From the human T2T-CHM13v2.0 reference genome, Homo sapiens, in the NCBI RefSeq assembly GCF_009914755.1, contig NC_060940.1: a stretch of DNA of 64,000 nt. One strand, given 5' to 3'. Both the position numbers and the translations under genes were made by a program. This document shows, piece by piece, positions 58,310 to 64,000 of the stretch. The notes beneath the pieces are model-generated. The model made no database searches. It saw nothing but the letters and a program-made list of their open reading frames with translations, and was not told where the DNA came from. Each line of letters starts with the position of its first letter. Within the stretch, counting starts at the first letter, position 1.

Positions 58310-58505
58310 TTTTTAAAATGGTTTTATAGAGGTATAATTTATATAACATAAAATCCACCTTTTTCAATTTTACAATTCAATTATCTTTAGAAAATTTACA
58401 GTCTAATTTTAGAACACTGTCCTCTCCTTAAAGAGAGCTCGCCTCCAAGCCCATCTTGCAGTCAATCTCTGTTCCCACCCTCAGCCCCAGGCAACCACTA
58501 ATCTA
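58310..58505 (-). mobile_element. L1MB 3' terminus
   Basis: gaggtataattta...cagccccaggcaaccactaatcta. Confidence 0.8.
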
Positions 58506-58507
58506 TC

Positions 58508-58791
58508 GTGTTCCTAGCAGCATAATTCAAAATAGCCCAGAAGTGTAAGCAGTCAAAATGTCCATCAACTGGTGAGTCAACAAAACTTGCTATATTCAAA
58601 TACTGTAATACACTTTAGCCAAAACAAACAAAGAGATAAAACAAAAAAACAGAATACAAATAGAAGCTACACCACATAGATGAACCTCGGAAAACATTAT
58701 GCACATATTATGCAAAGTGAAGGAAGTGAGCTGCAAAAGACTACTTATTATGAGATTCCTGTTTATGAAATGTCCAGAAAAGGCAAACCTA
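58508..58791 (+). mobile_element. L1MB upstream segment in opposite orientation
   Basis: gttcctagcagcataattcaaaatagcc...aaatgtccatcaactggtga...gaaatgtccagaaaaggcaaacct. Confidence 0.8.
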
Positions 58792-60072
58792 ACGTTGATT
58801 TTGATTGCAATTTTCCATTAGGCAAATACCTAGAACTTTCTTTTCTAGGAGCCTGAACTACTCACATGCCTTGGGCCTTTGGGGCTAATTCTCTTTAACA
58901 TAAGAATGGCTAATTTGTTGCTTCTTAGATTTGCTTTGTCATTTTGTCTACCAAGGGAAGAAATTCAGAAGCCAAGAAGGAGATGGTGACTTTGCCAGAG
59001 CCATATTAAAAAGGAAACCATCTTACAGCTCATCATTCCTCTCTCACCTGAATCTTGTTTGATTTCTCAAAGCCCATGTGGGACCACCCTCCATTTTTAA
59101 GTTACTGTTTTGGAGAATATGTACAATGTCTACTGGGACCTGGTGGCAGGCAGGAATGTTTAAGCTGATCATTTGTTTTAAACATAATCCATTTGTAACG
59201 CATGATTCATCTATTGCTAGAAGGTACTTGGCATCCTTTGCATATACCGTGACTCAAACTGTGACAATGTTTATAGCTCAGAAGGTAAAAAAAAAAATCA
59301 GAGTTTTGTTCATCAGAATTATCACAAATTCCACATTTTTGGAATTGAAGATAATGCCATCTTAGCCTATTTAAGACTGGCATTCTAGAAAGAGGCATGC
59401 TGATGCAAGCAAAGCAAAGACAATCCCAAAAATTAACCTGTTTTAGAAATGAGCAGCCAAATGTCTCCTAAACTTCTATGGTTATTTTCATGGACACTAC
59501 CTTTTATTTTATTTTATTTTTTTGTTTTTCTGCTTATAAAATACTATGTACTAATTGAGAAAAACTTGGAAAGTAGAAAAAAAATATATATATATATATA
59601 AATTAATTCCCTTGTCATTCCTGTGTCTAGAATAGTTAATAACATCATTCTGATGGATTTACCTTTTATTTATGTTTTCCTGTATGTATGTGAGAACTCA
59701 GGCACTTAATTGGGCTTAAGCTGTATATGTTCCATACCCTGCTATTGTTGCTTGACATTTTATTATGGATATTTTCCTCCATGTCATTAAATATTCTTCA
59801 AAAAGATAAACTTAATGGTCATAGTAACCCAACATTTTTGGATACACCATCCCACTTGCCACCCCCCAGCTCTTTACACTAATATTGCTTTAGTCTTTTT
59901 TTTTTCCATCCTAGTTAAAAGCTGAGATGAAAATTTGTAAGTAGAGATGGCTGAGCACTTCTCCATTTTCCTTCAATGGCTCTTAAAAGTAAAATAATTG
60001 GCTCCAGGTATAGACAATATAAAGGATTGAAATTGTCTGTATTGACTTCTTTATCAAGAATCAGGTAGTTTT

Positions 60073-60388
60073 GGCCGGGCCCAGTAGCTCCTGCCTGTAA
60101 TTCCAGCACTTTGGGAGGTCTAGGCAGGCTGAATCACCTGAGGTCAGGCATTCCAGACTACCCTGGCCAACATGGCAAAACCCCATCTCTAGTAAAAATA
60201 CAAAAAAAAATTAGTCAGGCTTGGTGACAGGTGTCTGTAATATCAGCTACTCCACTAGGGAGGCTGAGGCAGGAGAATCGCTTGACCCCTGGAGTGGGAG
60301 GTTGTAGTAAGCCAAGATCGTGCCACTGCACTCCAGCCTGGGCAAAAAGAGTGAGTCTCTGTCTCAAAAAAAAAAAAAAAAAAAAAAA
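60073..60388 (+). mobile_element. AluS
   Basis: full dimer, pure poly-A tail, TSD aggtagtt. Confidence 0.95.
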
Positions 60389-60553
60389 GGTAGTTCCATG
60401 CTCTTATAAATAAAGAATAGTACTGCGTTAGCACATAAAAATGGGTTGACCTTCAATGAGACGGTCATGGACTTTCGTTCAGAAAGACTTTAGGAAAGTC
60501 TCTTCATTGCCAAGGGGTATGGTCCATCTCTTATGGAAGTATGCATATCATAA

Positions 60554-60873
<320 letters not shown>

Positions 60874-61487
60874 ACCCCTCCTTCTTTTAAAAAATTCCTG
60901 CAGTCACTCTGAAGAATGCCATTTAGAACATTCGAGTGAACCAAACATAATCAGCAGCCCAGAGAAGACCTCTTTTACCTGCCTCCTGTTATGTTGCTGC
61001 TGAGATGAACACAGTCCTTGGAAAGTGGTGGTTGTGCCTTTGCTTTTTTGTTTTTTTGTTTTTTTAGTTATGGGCCTTGCCATTGGTTTCTTCTGGGTCC
61101 CCATCTGTGGCCTCTTTGCTTATCATGGCCTGGTGACCCCCTAGTACCTGATGATATCTATAGTAGGTCTGCTAGGAAAGGCTTGGAGTCTTCCTTTCAC
61201 TACCCATGAAATGACCCTCCAGGCAAGTCACTTTCCTAACACAGCATTAATAGGTGTTGCTTCTTTGAGATAACCTCTTTCTTATCCACATGCTCAGGGT
61301 ACATATCTTTGTGTTTTTGTTTAGTAAGACACACTCCTCTGAAGCTAAACTTAATCTGCGGAGATGTCGGATGATAAATTTGTCCCCTAGTGTAGTGTCA
61401 TAATATATCCTCTATGTATTAATTAAAATGAAGTTAGATATTGCTTTTCAGACAACATTAGTTCAAGATGCTTTCAGTACAGGATTA

Positions 61488-61700
61488 ATAGATGTATGGA
61501 TGCACGGATGGATGGATACATAGATGAATGGGTGAATGAATTGGTGGACGGATGAAAGGATGACTAGATGCATGGGTGGATGGATAGGTGGGTGGGTGGG
61601 TGAGTGGATGGATGGATGGATTTGTGGGTGGGTGGGTGGGTGGGTGGATGGATGGATGGGTGTTTGGATGGGTGGGTGGATGGATGGATGGGTGGATGAA
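61488..61700. repeat. (GGAT)n/(GGGT)n repeat
   Basis: seen directly. Confidence 0.97.
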
Positions 61701-62154
61701 TAGCAATTTCTAGATCTTACTGTCTATACCTTACTTTGAGCACTGAGAAGGAAATAATTAATAGTTGATTCTATTAATTTATGCTTCCACCAGTTTCCTG
61801 GAAATTGAATTTCAGAGTTTTAGCCATGTTTCCTCCAAAAAATTCATTGCCTTTCTTGCCTTATCAATTAAGATTAGTCTTGAAAAAAATCCCACCTGTA
61901 ATGTCACACACAGCTACCTTTTGCTGTTAATTCTGGTGAAAATATTAGGCTCACTATTAATATCAATACTTAATGGATCATAAGAATCAAATATCAAATG
62001 AAGAGACCAACATACATGTATTACTTCTTAAAAAAATCTTTAATGACTAGGAATGTATTTTAATATTGGTGATACCTAAATTTAATGCAATATACATGTC
62101 TCTGTTGTTTTTTAGACCCAAGCTTTTTCTCCTTGAGATAAAGAATGATGCTCA

Positions 62155-62420
62155 GGGTAGTGTAGCGGAGTGGTTATAGAAGAGGGCCCCGGAATCAGCT
62201 TTCTGAGTTCTGACAGCTCTGTCATTTGGTACTCGTGTGACAATGGATCTCTGTTTCCTATTCTGTGAAATAGAGATACTAACACTTGTAAGGTGGTTGT
62301 GATATGAGGGTGAAAGAATGCAACATAGCTATGTGTTTAATGGAGTGCCTGTCACACAGTAAATGCTGCTACAGGGTAGGTGGTGCTGTGCTATTATGTG
62401 GCATTATCATCATTTCCTTT
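62155..62420 (+). mobile_element. MIR SINE
   Basis: gtagtgtagcggagtggtta...tctgtttcctattctgtgaaata...gtgcctgtcacacagtaaatgct. Confidence 0.75.
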
Positions 62421-62479
62421 ATTATTAAATAGCAGAAGTTGGGATGGATTAGGAAGCAGACACTCAGAAAATATGGTGA

Positions 62480-62955
62480 GCTTATAAATGTTCTTTGGTG
62501 CAATAAATTGTCACACAGTTGGTGGCTTAGCACGACATTTATTCTTTCACAGTTCTAGATGACAGAACTCTGAAGTCACATAGAGGTGCTACTGGGCCTA
62601 TCTCCTTCTCAAGGTCCTGGGGGAGTGTCTCCTCCTTCCTCTTCTAGCTTCTGGTGGGTGCTGCCCTTGACTGGCTTGTGGCCACATCCCTGACTCCTTC
62701 CAATCTATGTCCCCATCTTCACATCACCTTTTCCTCTTCTGTACACGTCTGATCTCCCTCTGCTCTCTCTTATAGGGACGCTTGTGATTGTATTAATATT
62801 TCGGACCCACCTAGATAATCCAGAATAATCACCCCATCTGAAGATCATTAATTGAATCTCATCTACAAAGACCCTTTTCTCTCACAAGTTAACATGTACA
62901 GACTACAGGGATTAGGACCTGATATCTTCGGGTGGCGATTATTCAGCTTAATACA
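62480..62955 (-). mobile_element. MLT1B/C-like MaLR LTR
   Basis: tttattctttcacagttcta...ggacccacctagataatccagaataatc...attattcagcttaataca. Confidence 0.85.
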
Positions 62956-64000
62956 GTGGGTTAGAAATAAAACTTGATTTTCCATTGTACAAGAATGGGG
63001 GTTTAGTCTTAATGGTTTTATCATGCCATGTACATAACCACTGTCAGTATCAGTGGGGGCGTTTTCTGAATCGTGGCTTTTGTTTTCTGTGAGCTCATTG
63101 CCCCCTTTCCCCTTTAATATTCTAGTAAAGCTTATTTTACAAAGAAAAATGCCTGCAGTGAAAAGCATTTCTTGATCATCTTTGGATCAATATGTAATAT
63201 TTATATTTCACTGAATCTTCATGCCGTGTTTCAGGTTTAGCTTCTGTGTCAATTTTGAAATGATCTGTGGTAAATTCCATATTGGAAAGACATGGGTCTC
63301 CTCTACTGACTTATTTTCTTCTTATTCCCTGAAAAGCCTTTCTTATCACCCCAGGAATTGTGGAGATAAATTTTTTCACTCATGAGGCATAATATAGTTA
63401 GTCGATGATATATTTGTTGTAAAAAACTCTTTTTCCATTGTAGTCCAAACTTAAATTTCCCTAGTGTTCATTTGCTTTCTCTATTTTCTAGTGCACTTAA
63501 AAATACATTTGCAGTCACGATTGCCTGGGTAAGTTATAAATCCTAGATATTAGAATTTTTATGCTTTAGAAATAATAAATGAGGGCTTACCAATTAAAGA
63601 TAAAAAATTACTTGACTGGGGATAGTAGAATATTTTATCAGTATTATTAAAATTTAAGGGCAGCTGAAATGCCACAGGAATCCTTGTACAACATTTTGGT
63701 TTAAAAAGTTGGCTTAAGGATAAGTTACATTCTTTTCTTCAATTTTACATCAAATAGGATATTATATAAATTTCTTAAAACAGAGCAGAAATCTTGTTGA
63801 ACTGAATCAAATGCAGAGCTTTTCTCCAGTTGTAGCCCTGTGGTTTTACTTTTTATGTTTGGAAATCACTTTTTTATGTATCTTGGGTCTCTAATAATTA
63901 CCATTATTACTTTATCAAAATAATGTTAATACCACACATGGAATAAATAACCTCATGTGATTTATTGTAAAACCAAGGATTTAAACAATTAATATATTTA

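Overview
Primate (very probably human) non-coding genomic DNA, most likely a large intron or gene desert. It is CpG-depleted and dominated by interspersed repeats: about 37 Alu/FLAM copies, MIR and L2 relics, old L1 fragments, about 12 MaLR/ERV LTRs, MER5/MER30/MER103 hAT elements, two MADE1 mariner MITEs and many microsatellites. I cannot support any protein-coding exon, RNA gene or prokaryotic-type system. The ORF track mostly reflects Alu and simple-repeat translations or short chance ORFs, and I could not identify the locus. The most interesting structures are: (1) an AluS at 55361-55674 whose left arm is inverted and which is bounded by one TSD, i.e. a twin-priming-like 5' inversion in an Alu; (2) three L1 fragments with the same inversion geometry; (3) a ~300 bp non-tandem duplication (29843-30465 / 31413-31715) whose shared Alu fragment is more similar than its flanks, suggesting gene conversion; (4) a zero-spacer inverted Alu pair; (5) a MADE1 hairpin with a perfect 19-bp stem; (6) a minus-strand bias of LTR/L1 relics suggesting a + strand host transcript. 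Repeat subfamily names come from remembered consensus motifs, and boundaries of old repeats are approximate.
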